A stretch of DNA of 63,942 nt, the filler included. It is 4 parts of 4 records of this genome, joined end to end, with 100 filler letters (N's around TTAATTAATTAA, not from the genome) between each part and the next. Parts side by side here need not be neighbours in the genome. Positions count along the whole stretch, not along the records: positions 1 to 14,543 come from DRR723986_5016; 3 more parts are not named here. One strand, written 5' to 3'. Below the pieces are notes generated by a model. It was given only the letters and a program-made list of their open reading frames with translations. It was not told the DNA's origin and searched no databases. Position 1 is the first letter of the stretch; each line of letters starts with the position of its first letter. Both the position numbers and the translations under genes were made by a program. This document shows, piece after piece, positions 1 through 9,388 of the stretch.

Positions 1-264
1 CACATAGGAATGGTAATAGGCCAGTTCCTTGGCCTGATCGGCGATGGCGTCGGCGATTTCAGGGCGACCATAGCCGACGTTCACACAGTACAACCCTGCA
101 AAGGCGTCCAGCAATCGGTTGCCGTCCCGGTCCTCAATATGACAGTCAGAGCCGCCCGTAATCACGCGATGGGGCAGGTTGCCCCGCGCAAATTCTGCCA
201 GATGGGTTGAAGGGTGAAAAAAGTTGTCGCGGTCCCACTGTTCAAGGTGATCGTTGTGTCGCAT
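1..264 (-). CDS. Class III PLP aminotransferase, DoeD-like (diaminobutyrate transaminase of ectoine catabolism); 5' part only, cut by the window edge
   Basis: Manual translation from ATG at 264: MRHNDHLEQWDRDNFFHPSTHLAEFARG...IEDRDGNRLLDAFAGLYCVNVGYGRPEIADAIADQAKELAYYHSYV. DAFAGLYCVNVGYG is the class III aminotransferase N-terminal motif. Not in the ORF track. Confidence 0.85.
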   Translation of the reverse strand, partial: MRHNDHLEQWDRDNFFHPSTHLAEFARGNLPHRVITGGSDCHIEDRDGNRLLDAFAGLYCVNVGYGRPEIADAIADQAKELAYYHSYV

Positions 265-550
265 GGCCCAGTTTCCTGTCTTGGCGGCGCGCCGCCTGAT
301 TACGTAAGTAAGGAGCCAGATGCACGCTCAAGGCCAATAGGGGCCCCGGTTTCGAGCAGAAAGGCTCCGCTCACCCAAGCAGCAGCGCGCAATGCCTTTA
401 TTGCCAGGGTCATCCCGCAGTAGGAGCATACAAGGACATTCAAACGCAACAAAAATGTAAGTGCTGGCTCTCAAATCACGTCGGCACGAACGGTGCGGGG
501 TGTTCTGGATCAGAGACTTGCATGCAGAGGGGGGCGACAGGCCCATGATC

Positions 551-572
551 GTTTGAGTTTTGGTATGCAAAT
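551..572 (+). promoter_or_regulatory. Putative operator upstream of the MFS gene (GTTTGAGTTTTGGTATGCAAAT)
   Basis: Resembles the reverse complement of 4515-4537 upstream of the molybdopterin oxidoreductase; shared core TTGGTATGC. Confidence 0.4.
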
Positions 573-704
573 TTTTTCACCTTTTGGACATTTATGACTG
601 TCCAAAATCGTGGCAATCCCGGCAGTGTCGAAAACGCCAAGGATTACAAACATGCCCATTTTTCCGGTTTCCTGCAGTGTGTATCTGTCAGATTGGATCG
701 CCCT

Positions 705-1892
705 ATGAACCGTTTGACCCTGTTCATCCTGTTTTATCTCGCCAGCTTTCTTCAGGCGGGGGCCTATGGTTTGACATTCATGTTGCCGCGCCTGTTCCAA
801 GGCTTTGGCGCAAACGAAAAAACCGTGGGCGTGATGTTGTTCTTAACCACGATTTCAACCCTGATCACGGTCTATTACGCGGGGCACCTGTCGGATCGGT
901 TTGGCCGGGTTCGGACGCTGGGCGTGGCGTGTCTGTCCATTGCCGTTGCGCTGGCGGCCTATGGCTTGGCGGGGGGTGTCGGCGGGCTTTTGGTACTGGC
1001 GAGTGTTGCATTGGGATTTGGCTGGGGGTTGACCTATGCGCTGTCGCCCATCGTGTTGACACGGTTGGTCACGCAAGACGAGCGCGTGCGTTATTTTGCG
1101 ATCCTGTCCGTGGCCCTGATGGCTGGGTTTGGCCTGTCGCCGGTGATGGCCTCGATGATGGAAAGCGTTGGGCTGACCGTGAACGACGCCTTTTTCGTGA
1201 CGGCCGTGTTGTGCGCCGTGGCGGGGGGGATCTTTTTTGTCATCGTTACCGCCGTCCGCATACATTCGGCCGCCAGCGGACCCGAACCGCGTTCCTCTTT
1301 ATCGCTCGCCGCTGTGCGGGCGATCATGGGGTCGCGCGCCCGGTTGCCGGTGATCATGGTCTGCTTGGGGGCATCGGTCTTTGCCGGGATGAACAACTTT
1401 CAAACCGTGTTTGCCGATGAACGCGGGTTGAACTATGCCGACTATTTCCTTGCCTACACCCTGACGGTGGTGTTGTTTCGCGTGGTCTTGGCGCGGTTCA
1501 AGGGGGGCGCTAATCCTTATCTGACCATCGCAGCCCTGCAATATGTGATGTTTGGATCGGTGGTTCTGTTCCTCGGGATCGGAGGTAACTTGCCGATGTA
1601 TCTGGTCGTCGCCTTCTTGTTCGGCATTGGCTATGGCGTCAGCTACCCGATCCTTGCCGCGATGGCAGCGAATGATGCAGATCCTGACTTACTGCCACAA
1701 ACCCTGCAGTTTTTCGCGCTTAGCTATTTCATTGGCATCTTTGGTTTTCCGTTGGTGGCAGGCTGGATGATTGTTGAGATGGGCAGCAGCGCCCTGTTGA
1801 TGTTGGTGGCGGCCTTGGCTGGGATAGAGGCAACGATGGCCGGCCTTCGGGGATTGCAGAACCGTGTAGCAGCTGCTCAAAAAGCGTCATGA
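705..1892 (+). CDS. MFS transporter
   Basis: About 12 hydrophobic segments; MFS motif A (GHLSDRFGRVR). Start placed at MNRLTLF (ATG 705) within ORF 594..1892. Confidence 0.9.
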   Translation: MNRLTLFILFYLASFLQAGAYGLTFMLPRLFQGFGANEKTVGVMLFLTTISTLITVYYAGHLSDRFGRVRTLGVACLSIAVALAAYGLAGGVGGLLVLASVALGFGWGLTYALSPIVLTRLVTQDERVRYFAILSVALMAGFGLSPVMASMMESVGLTVNDAFFVTAVLCAVAGGIFFVIVTAVRIHSAASGPEPRSSLSLAAVRAIMGSRARLPVIMVCLGASVFAGMNNFQTVFADERGLNYADYFLAYTLTVVLFRVVLARFKGGANPYLTIAALQYVMFGSVVLFLGIGGNLPMYLVVAFLFGIGYGVSYPILAAMAANDADPDLLPQTLQFFALSYFIGIFGFPLVAGWMIVEMGSSALLMLVAALAGIEATMAGLRGLQNRVAAAQKAS

Positions 1893-1978
1893 CGATGCTT
1901 AGATTCACCTAAGCGTTTTCGGTAAATTCAACTTGTCGCCGAATGGCATTGGGTCAGAGAAAGAATGGGAGTACTCGC

Positions 1979-2323
1979 TTGATCGCAGTCATATTTGAAG
2001 TCGAAATCGGGGAGGGGCGCAAACAGGATTATCTTGAGGTCGCCGCTGATCTGAAACCGCTGCTAGAGCAGGTCGATGGGTTCCTGTCAGTCGAGCGGTT
2101 TCAAAGCCTGACCAATCCTGACAAGCTTTTGTCGCTGTCGTTTTTCAGGGACGAGGCTGCTGTTGCGGAATGGCGCAGCTTGGCGCGGCACCGTGAAGGG
2201 CAGACCAAAGGCCGGGATGGCATTTTCGCGGGCTATCGGTTGCGCGTGGCCGGGGTGATCCGCGACTATGGCATGTTTGACAGGGCCGAAGCCCCGAGTG
2301 ACAGCGCGGCGCTGCATGGCTAA
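1979..2323 (+). CDS. Antibiotic biosynthesis monooxygenase (ABM) family protein
   Basis: IAVIFEV...DGFLSVERFQS...LSLSFFRDEAAVAEWR...H...GR...F..YRLRVA pattern; TTG start at 1979 after GGGAG RBS. Confidence 0.85.
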   Translation: MIAVIFEVEIGEGRKQDYLEVAADLKPLLEQVDGFLSVERFQSLTNPDKLLSLSFFRDEAAVAEWRSLARHREGQTKGRDGIFAGYRLRVAGVIRDYGMFDRAEAPSDSAALHG

Positions 2324-2389
2324 GTGGTAGGGTCCAGCCCACCATTCGCCAATGAGGGGGTAAGCCGGACCTGTGTCGTTGTCGCGTTG

Positions 2390-4438
2390 TCAGTAAGGGC
2401 GCACATCCACAAAGGTCTCGTTATAAACAGCGCCGCATTCGATGTCGGTGCGAATGTCTGATGGGATCAGCGCGTTCACGGTCAACCCAGTGTCAGAGGT
2501 CGCGCGCCATGTGCCTTTGGGCGAATACAGCACGCCGGGGCGGGTGGCATCGGTCACTTTTAGTCGCAACGTGACCTGTCCCCGGTTGTTGAAAACGGTG
2601 ACCTTAACCCCGTCGCTGAGCCCACGCGCCGCAGCATCCGTGGGGTGCATTTCGACCACTTCCACCCCTTGCGAGGCTGCGTGACCGCCAAAGGTGGCGT
2701 TGGTGCGTTTGTCCGAACTGGGCGTGATAATCACAAAGGGACGGTCCTGCTGCACCGGGTCATAGCGCGGTACGCCAAAGCCAAACCGATCTTCGTAATC
2801 TTGGCAGAACAGTTCAATCTTGCCCGAGGGAGTGCCCGGTTTCACGGTCTTGCACATGATCATCTGCTCCCCACCCGGGGCCGTGATCTCAATCGCTTGA
2901 TCCAGCGGTAAATCGCTGCCTTTGAGCCCGTTGAGCTGTGGATGATCCGAGTTGATCGCGTCATCCATCAGTTGTGCATCATCTGCGTGGAACTCTGGGT
3001 CGTCATAGCCAAAGCGGGCGGCGAGGCGGCGGAAAATCTCGGTGTTGGGCAGGCTTTCACCCACACAAGGGATCACCGGCGCGGCGCGTTGCAGATAGTT
3101 TTGCCCATAGGCGCCGAACACGTCGTTGTGCTCAAAATGCGAAGACGCGGGCAGGATTACATCACACAGTGCCATGCTGTCTGTCATCACCACATCGCTG
3201 CCTGCCAAAAACAAGTCCTCGCGCATCAGGCCCTCGATCAGGTTGGCCTGATCCGGGTGCGTGGCCACCGGGTTGTGGTTGTAAATCATCGCGGCGGTGA
3301 TTGGCGTTTCCAGCGTGTCATCTTGGAGCGCCGCACCCAGATCAACGATGTTGATCACGCGGGTGCCGGGCTTCATCAGTTGATTACCGTGCAGCCGGGG
3401 TTGGTTTTTCGGCGTAGCGACACCGGATTTCGCAAGAACCCCAGCGCCCAGACGACCATGGTGACCGGTGAGGGCGGGCAATACCATCCCGGCCCGCAAT
3501 CCTGATCCGCCAGAGCGGCCGCGTTCAATCCCGTTCCCAAAGGAACACGCCATGTTTTTCGCGGCCACAATCAAGTCTGCAAAGGCGTGGAACTCTTTGG
3601 CAGGGACGCCACAGATTTCTTCGACCTTTTTGATGCTGTAGGCCCGTGCCTGCGCCATATAGGTGTCAAAGCCGGTCACCCATTCGTCGATGAAGGCACG
3701 GTCCAAGGCGTCACGCCGTTCCAGCTCGGCCGCTAAACCCATGGCAAACACGACGTCTGTGTTTGGTCTGATCTGAATGTGCATGTCACATTGTTCTGCG
3801 ATCTTGATGCGCTTGGGGTCGATGATGATCAGCTTGCCGCCCTGTTTGCGCATCTCTTTGAGCAAGGGCGCGAGGTGCAGGTTGGATACCGTCACGTTGT
3901 TGCCCCAGACCAAAACCAGATCTGAATGCAGCACCTGAACTGGTGGCATGCCCGGCGCGTTGCCGAAAACGCTGGCATAGGCGCCGCCGCGCACTGCGCC
4001 GCACAATGGGCCACGGTTCAGCATCGTGGCACCCATGTTGTAAAAGAACCGACGGTCCATGGACCCTGCGGCCAATTCACCGTGCGGGCCGGCGTAGTTG
4101 AACGGTAGGATGGTTTCGGGACCGTGTTTGTCGATGGCTGCGGTAAAGGCTGCGTGGATCAGATCCAACGCTTCGTTCCAGCTGATCCGTTCAAAATTGC
4201 CCGATCCACGCGGGCCAACCCGTTTTAGCGGATGGGTCAAACGCGCCGAGCCATGTACGAAATCAGGGTAATATCGTACAACTTTGTTGCAAACCACACC
4301 ATCCGTGTAGGGGTTCGCCTTGGACCCTTTGACTGCAGTCAAGGTTCCGTCTCGGACGTGTGCAGTGAGACTGCAGGTGTCGGGGCAATCCAGTGGACAG
4401 ACACTGGGAAGGGTTACGGGGGTGGCGTGCTGGGTCAT
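2390..4438 (-). CDS. Molybdopterin-dependent oxidoreductase (DMSO reductase superfamily, N-terminal Fe-S motif, no Tat signal)
   Basis: CPLDCPDTC...VCNK Fe-S motif, RLTHPLKR, ISWNEALD, DVILPA, C-terminal MHPTDAAARGL molybdopterin-dinucleotide domain. Confidence 0.9.
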   Translation of the reverse strand: MTQHATPVTLPSVCPLDCPDTCSLTAHVRDGTLTAVKGSKANPYTDGVVCNKVVRYYPDFVHGSARLTHPLKRVGPRGSGNFERISWNEALDLIHAAFTAAIDKHGPETILPFNYAGPHGELAAGSMDRRFFYNMGATMLNRGPLCGAVRGGAYASVFGNAPGMPPVQVLHSDLVLVWGNNVTVSNLHLAPLLKEMRKQGGKLIIIDPKRIKIAEQCDMHIQIRPNTDVVFAMGLAAELERRDALDRAFIDEWVTGFDTYMAQARAYSIKKVEEICGVPAKEFHAFADLIVAAKNMACSFGNGIERGRSGGSGLRAGMVLPALTGHHGRLGAGVLAKSGVATPKNQPRLHGNQLMKPGTRVINIVDLGAALQDDTLETPITAAMIYNHNPVATHPDQANLIEGLMREDLFLAGSDVVMTDSMALCDVILPASSHFEHNDVFGAYGQNYLQRAAPVIPCVGESLPNTEIFRRLAARFGYDDPEFHADDAQLMDDAINSDHPQLNGLKGSDLPLDQAIEITAPGGEQMIMCKTVKPGTPSGKIELFCQDYEDRFGFGVPRYDPVQQDRPFVIITPSSDKRTNATFGGHAASQGVEVVEMHPTDAAARGLSDGVKVTVFNNRGQVTLRLKVTDATRPGVLYSPKGTWRATSDTGLTVNALIPSDIRTDIECGAVYNETFVDVRPY

Positions 4439-4514
4439 GGCGGGCCTCGTGTCATAGGGGTGTTTCCCTTTGCTAGGCCCGGAAGGGGTATGCATTAAGC
4501 TCCAAAATTTGGAT

Positions 4515-4537
4515 ATTTGAGCATACCAATTTCAAAC
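4515..4537 (-). promoter_or_regulatory. Putative operator upstream of the molybdopterin oxidoreductase
   Basis: Minus strand reads GTTTGAAATTGGTATGCTCAAAT (TTTGA-N11-TCAAA inverted repeat); similar to 551-572. Confidence 0.4.
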
Positions 4538-4695
4538 TATGCATAGGGTAAGAACCAAGAGTACGGGCAAGCAAGGACATGTAGATCTGACTACAGCAAC
4601 AGGATTTGGACAGGGCCTAGGTTTGTGGCGCCTCACGATCTCGCTCTTGTGTTGCCCAAGATGTCGTTCTCTTTGAAGGGCCGGTTTTGGCGGTC

Positions 4696-5886
4696 TTAGA
4701 AAACAATGCGCGTTCTTAGGCCAATCAACGTGATGCTGCTTTGATTGGGGTTTGTAAGTGGATTATCAATGAACTGGATCGACGGAGTGATTTGAAGCCC
4801 CGGCGAAATGGAGAATCGATAGAACAGCTCAACCGTTTTTTGGCTGCCTGGCACTCCGTTTGCCTCGGCCCAATTCAGCCCAATCCCTGCGCCGTCTGTG
4901 TTGCGCCCGTAGTAGCCGATGCCCGCAGAGACGGATCTGTTGTACAAGGCCGCAGTTCCCTTGGATGCGCCCGCGCGAAAGAAGGGGAGCCAGGTGTTGT
5001 CCACCAGCCAAGCCGCAGAAAAGGCCGCGCCGTAATCTTCTTGACGGCTGCCGTTGTCGGCGGCGTCGGCATGCCAGAGCGTTAGGTGAATGTTGTCGAG
5101 ATAGATACGATCAAACCCAGATGTGTACCCAATTTCTAAACTTTTGAAGAGTTCGCCATCCCGAAACACATCAAGGTCAGGGCTGCTTGGATCCGCGTTG
5201 GCATCCGCCAAACTTCCGACGACATAAAAGTTGTTCCCCAACCTTGCACCACCCGCAATCCCAAGACCCGGATTGGGAGTGTTGATGGTCGGGTTGGTGT
5301 TAAAGGCAAGGTTTTGAAACGCGGTATACGGGCTGACAGCGCCGTAGATATCAAGAAAATCGGTCACATCAATCTGACCGACTTGCAATGTCCACGAGTC
5401 GTTGGCTGCCCGTTGGGTCCAGAACAGGTTGGTTAATAGCACGCCGTTGTCGTTGAAAGCGGACCCCGTTATCGACAGCGCCCCGCCGTCCAGCCCAAGG
5501 AATTGCGGTGCAACAGGGGTGTAGGCATCCCGGCTTTCGAACTTGAAGGTCACCGAACCAAGTTTGGTCGCCTGCCAATTGCCGTAGAACCGCACAATGC
5601 CACTGGCTGCTTCGCCAGTGCCAATGTCCGCATTTGTTGATTGTCCAAGCGCAAGGTAGTCTAGGTTGAACCGAAACCCCTTTTCAGCCAATCCGTCTTT
5701 CCATGCGAACCACCCCGGCGCCACGTTGCGCGGGAAGTCAGACCGAAACTGAGGATCGGTTAGCCCATCCCCCGGTTCTAGCTCTGCCTCAACCGAGGAT
5801 GGACCACCTAACCCCTGCGCCAGAACCGGCGATGCCCCCCCGCAGAGGATCAGCGCGGCCGCTACAGTGTGTAGGTTCAGCTTCAT
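4696..5886 (-). CDS. Carbohydrate-selective porin, OprB family
   Basis: Signal peptide, amphipathic beta strands, ELFYRF...QITPSIQFI.NP motif, C-terminal Phe (GLRTRIVF). Confidence 0.85.
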   Translation of the reverse strand: MKLNLHTVAAALILCGGASPVLAQGLGGPSSVEAELEPGDGLTDPQFRSDFPRNVAPGWFAWKDGLAEKGFRFNLDYLALGQSTNADIGTGEAASGIVRFYGNWQATKLGSVTFKFESRDAYTPVAPQFLGLDGGALSITGSAFNDNGVLLTNLFWTQRAANDSWTLQVGQIDVTDFLDIYGAVSPYTAFQNLAFNTNPTINTPNPGLGIAGGARLGNNFYVVGSLADANADPSSPDLDVFRDGELFKSLEIGYTSGFDRIYLDNIHLTLWHADAADNGSRQEDYGAAFSAAWLVDNTWLPFFRAGASKGTAALYNRSVSAGIGYYGRNTDGAGIGLNWAEANGVPGSQKTVELFYRFSISPGLQITPSIQFIDNPLTNPNQSSITLIGLRTRIVF

Positions 5887-5911
5887 GTCAGCACCTCAAA
5901 TCCCTCTGACT

Positions 5912-7831
5912 TCAGTTGCTGCTGGCACGCGGCACAATCAGTGGGTCAAACATCGAAGCCTGTGAATTTCCAGCGAACACAGCCTGTGTCCAGTCCTGCT
6001 GTGCCGTCGCCTGATCCTCATAAACGCCATGAATGCGGCACAGGAACAGTTCGGAGTCGTCGAATGCATTGGGCTGCGCAAACCAATCTTGCGGCTTGTT
6101 TTGAGGCAAATCGACCTTGGCTGTGCGATAGTTTACCGGCTCACTAGATTGAGGACGCTCAAGCGAGGACTGATCATCAAGGATGTCGTCATAGAGCGTT
6201 GGGCGGGCACCGCCGGTGTCGGTCGTAAATGTGCGCAGCCATTGCTGTTTGTTCGATGGTTCGAAACGCCCCACCTTTTCGACAGGGTAACGGATAGCTT
6301 GCCCGGGGTTTACGTCTTTCAGAACTTTGCTGTCAGAGACAACGATTGTGCCATGAACCAACACATACGGAATTCCGGTAGAGGGGAGGCCGTTCTTGCC
6401 TTTGGAATATGTTGCATTTTCGGTGACATTCACGGGGTCGAAAATGGTGATATCGGCGATCATTCCCTCTTGGATGCGGCCACGTACATCCATCGCTTTG
6501 ATCCCGGCGTCGCCCAATTGTTTGGCGGCCCAATAGCTGAGTTGCGACAATGAGAACATCAAGGGGACTTCGTTTTCACGGGCCAATCGCAACAGGATTG
6601 CATGTGATCCGGCGGAACGGGGATGGCCTGCATAATCCTCAAACGGTGAGTCCCATTCGAGCCGCTCTCCCTTTTCGTTCAATCCGGGCATCCCATCGCC
6701 TGAAATCACAAAATTGGGAACTTTGATCCAATCTTTGATCCATTGTTCGCGCGGGGGGCTAAAGGCAATTGCAGTGCGTCCGGGCTCAGAGTCCTTAAAC
6801 GCGAGAAACTCTTCTTTGGTGACATATCTATCCAGCTGAGGATCAAAAATGGTTTCCTCATACTTGTATCCCATCGAGCCTTCCCAATTGTCTGGGCCGA
6901 GAATGGAAGCACCATAGTTTCCCGATCCAGCGGTCCAAGGATACCAGGTTGACCAGACATTATGCCCCTGAGCGCGCGCCAGTTGCATCTTTTCTTCAAT
7001 CTCCCACCAACCATAGTCATTGGTGTGATGGAGCTGAAGGGACGCGCCCAGAACCATTGCATTTGTGAGCAGCTCATTCGCACCCGTGGCGGTTTCAATT
7101 GGGGTCGAGGCGCTTGGGTGAAAGCGATGATGGGCGGCGGTTAAACGGCCATATTTGGCGGCGATTTTCTGGGCTTCAAACATTTCATAGGTTGTGATGC
7201 CTTCGCGCGCATAGCCAATAGTTGACCCAACGCCCAACGCGCCCTGACGCAGACCTTCGTCAAGTGTTGCAGTGATTTGATTCATCTGGTCCAGTGTGCT
7301 GCGCGTAACGGACCACCCATCAACGCCATCCTCGGCAGCGTCGATGCGGTAGTCAAAAAAGTACGGCATCGAGACATTTGGCCCTTCGAGGGCCAAACCA
7401 TCATGCACCCGCATACGTGCGAATTCCTGCCCGACCACGGTGCCAAAATTGGCTTGCCTGTTGCCTGTACGTTCGGCGTACCACTCGGAAATATTAAGAG
7501 CGCCAACTTCGAAATCCATCTGCGTTGTCACACCATCACGCAAATTCAGCTTGATCCCAAAGGGCCGCAACCCGTGTTGTTCCAGATCAATAAACCCCGG
7601 TGCAACAACATGGCCGGTTGCGTCAATGGTTTCAGCGCCTTCGATGGTAGTCTCAGTAATCTTGGTGATCCAGCCGTTGTTGATGCCAACGTTTGCGATT
7701 TGGTCGAACCCGGTCTCGGGATCCATCACCCTGCCATTTAGGATGACAACGTCATAGTTCTGGGCGAAAACTTGGGTAGATAGCGCTGATGTAACAAAAA
7801 GAACTGAAAGTAATGTGTTCCGCGGTCTCAT
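5912..7831 (-). CDS. Secreted amidohydrolase (N-acyl-D-amino-acid deacylase-like) with C-terminal extension
   Basis: Signal peptide; DVVILNGRVMDPETG, VVAPGFIDLEQH, GHPRSAGS, GRIQEGMIADITIFDP, GIPYVLVHG motifs. Confidence 0.85.
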   Translation of the reverse strand: MRPRNTLLSVLFVTSALSTQVFAQNYDVVILNGRVMDPETGFDQIANVGINNGWITKITETTIEGAETIDATGHVVAPGFIDLEQHGLRPFGIKLNLRDGVTTQMDFEVGALNISEWYAERTGNRQANFGTVVGQEFARMRVHDGLALEGPNVSMPYFFDYRIDAAEDGVDGWSVTRSTLDQMNQITATLDEGLRQGALGVGSTIGYAREGITTYEMFEAQKIAAKYGRLTAAHHRFHPSASTPIETATGANELLTNAMVLGASLQLHHTNDYGWWEIEEKMQLARAQGHNVWSTWYPWTAGSGNYGASILGPDNWEGSMGYKYEETIFDPQLDRYVTKEEFLAFKDSEPGRTAIAFSPPREQWIKDWIKVPNFVISGDGMPGLNEKGERLEWDSPFEDYAGHPRSAGSHAILLRLARENEVPLMFSLSQLSYWAAKQLGDAGIKAMDVRGRIQEGMIADITIFDPVNVTENATYSKGKNGLPSTGIPYVLVHGTIVVSDSKVLKDVNPGQAIRYPVEKVGRFEPSNKQQWLRTFTTDTGGARPTLYDDILDDQSSLERPQSSEPVNYRTAKVDLPQNKPQDWFAQPNAFDDSELFLCRIHGVYEDQATAQQDWTQAVFAGNSQASMFDPLIVPRASSN

Positions 7832-7966
7832 AAATGCCTCACAGGTTGCGTCTCTAAACCCATGTTAACCCAATGATTGAGAACGGTGTTATTCCTTAGA
7901 TGAGGTGACATTCAAAAGCATCACGCGAAATGAATGCTATTGGTGAGAACGCTGTTATGATAACGT

Positions 7967-8950
7967 ATGCGTACCGATCCAACACAAAGTATATTACTTC
8001 TGCATCCCTTTCTTGATGCACTGACAGCGCGTGGGTGCTCGCCCGAAAAACTGGCAGACAGGCTTGGCGTCGATCTCTTTGAGCTGGATGACCCATCAAC
8101 ATTGCTCCCTGCAAATACGGTTTACGGGTTTCTTCGCTGGGCCTCAGAACGGACCGAGGATAAGACACTGTGCGGATGTCTTGGGATGCGAATGGCCCAA
8201 GGTGAGTGGGCTCCTTTTCTTCCGCTTCTTGCCGGAAACTTGACGGTTTGGCAGTTTTTAATGCGCTTCAGTTCAAGCGCTGAAGATCAAGGAGGCTCAG
8301 CCGCATACCGGTTAGAAGTGGAAGGCCGGATTGCGCTGTGGAAGTTGTCGCGTCCAGTCAGTGCCTCCAACGATGCAGTCTATGCTGATGCGATTGCGGT
8401 CGGGTTTTTCGTCGAGGTTCTGAAAGGAGCCATGTCTGAGAACTTTGACTATAGAAAGCTTTTAGCCATCACATCAGATCAGGCTTTGATTGCTGAGGAG
8501 ATCTTACCCAGAGCTTCCGTACTTGACGGAGCAAGGGGTATGACGCTGCGCTTTCCGTCATCATGGCTGGAAGCGAAGTTGAAAACGGTGAAGCCGACAT
8601 CAAATCTTCCTGCCATTGGGCTTCCGGACGTGGGCATCGTGGATCTTGTTGAAAGGACACGGCGCGTTGTTCATCGCCGGATATCTGATGCTGAGTTTGA
8701 TCTTAAGGATACTGCCTATACCTTGGGTATATCTGTTTGGAAATTGCAGTCCGGGCTAAGAGACGCGGGCACCAGCCTGTCTGAAATTCGCAACGACGTC
8801 AGGAAGGAACTGGCTATCGAACGTATCGGTAGGGAAGATAGCGAGATCGCTGAAGTCGCCGTCTCGCTCGGTTACACGAGCAGTTCAAACTTTACTCGTG
8901 CATTTCGAAAATGGACGGGAGCCAGCCCAAGCCAATTTCGAGGTGACTAA
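7967..8950 (+). CDS. AraC family transcriptional regulator
   Basis: C-terminal IAEVAVSLGYTSSSNFTRAFRKWTGASPSQFR signature; divergent from the amidohydrolase-porin pair. Confidence 0.9.
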   Translation: MRTDPTQSILLLHPFLDALTARGCSPEKLADRLGVDLFELDDPSTLLPANTVYGFLRWASERTEDKTLCGCLGMRMAQGEWAPFLPLLAGNLTVWQFLMRFSSSAEDQGGSAAYRLEVEGRIALWKLSRPVSASNDAVYADAIAVGFFVEVLKGAMSENFDYRKLLAITSDQALIAEEILPRASVLDGARGMTLRFPSSWLEAKLKTVKPTSNLPAIGLPDVGIVDLVERTRRVVHRRISDAEFDLKDTAYTLGISVWKLQSGLRDAGTSLSEIRNDVRKELAIERIGREDSEIAEVAVSLGYTSSSNFTRAFRKWTGASPSQFRGD

Positions 8951-8970
8951 CACGTCCTCATTTTCCTTCT

Positions 8971-9220
8971 CTACCCAGCATTCATTCAAAAGCAGCCGTT
9001 CAAGAAAATCGCAGCGAATGACGGCTGTCCGCCCGGAGTGTCGAAGCGCCATGCCCGCTTAGGGCTAGCAGCAGCCATCCGCAGGTGATGGCCGCTTTGC
9101 GCAGGAAGCAGACTTTGCAAAGTCGCATGACGGCCGTCTGTCGACCTTCGTCGACGGCGCAGCTAGCGACAGCAAGGAGCCCATATTGTACAATTTCTGC
9201 GCTGCAACTAATGCCTGCTT
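8971..9220 (+). repeat. Cluster 1 of degenerate 30-bp palindromic units with 15-16-bp GCAGCG linkers
   Basis: Units at 8971-9000, 9017-9046, 9050-9079 (catgcccgctta-gggcta-gcagcagccatc), 9087-9116 (gatggccgcttt-gcgcag-gaagcagacttt) and 9165-9194; linkers at 9001-9016, 9149-9164 and 9195-9209. Confidence 0.75.
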
Positions 9221-9388
9221 TAATGTGGGTGACCGCCAGTCACATCCGAGATCAAAAGATGTGGGCGAGCCTGCTTTGTTGATGGCATGTAGTTTCTATA
9301 GTCACTTAGATTGCGCGATGTGCCGCATGCTCTTGCAAACATCGCGGGCCTAGGTATGTAAAATGTTTGAGAAGGCAGTTCGCTCCCG

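Noticed and set aside
8971-9220. Repeat arrays read as a CRISPR array or as integron attC sites
   Set aside because: Units are too degenerate, linkers are only 15-16 bp and resemble each other rather than being unique spacers, no cas or intI gene is present, and RYYYAAC/GTTRRRY ends are not evident.
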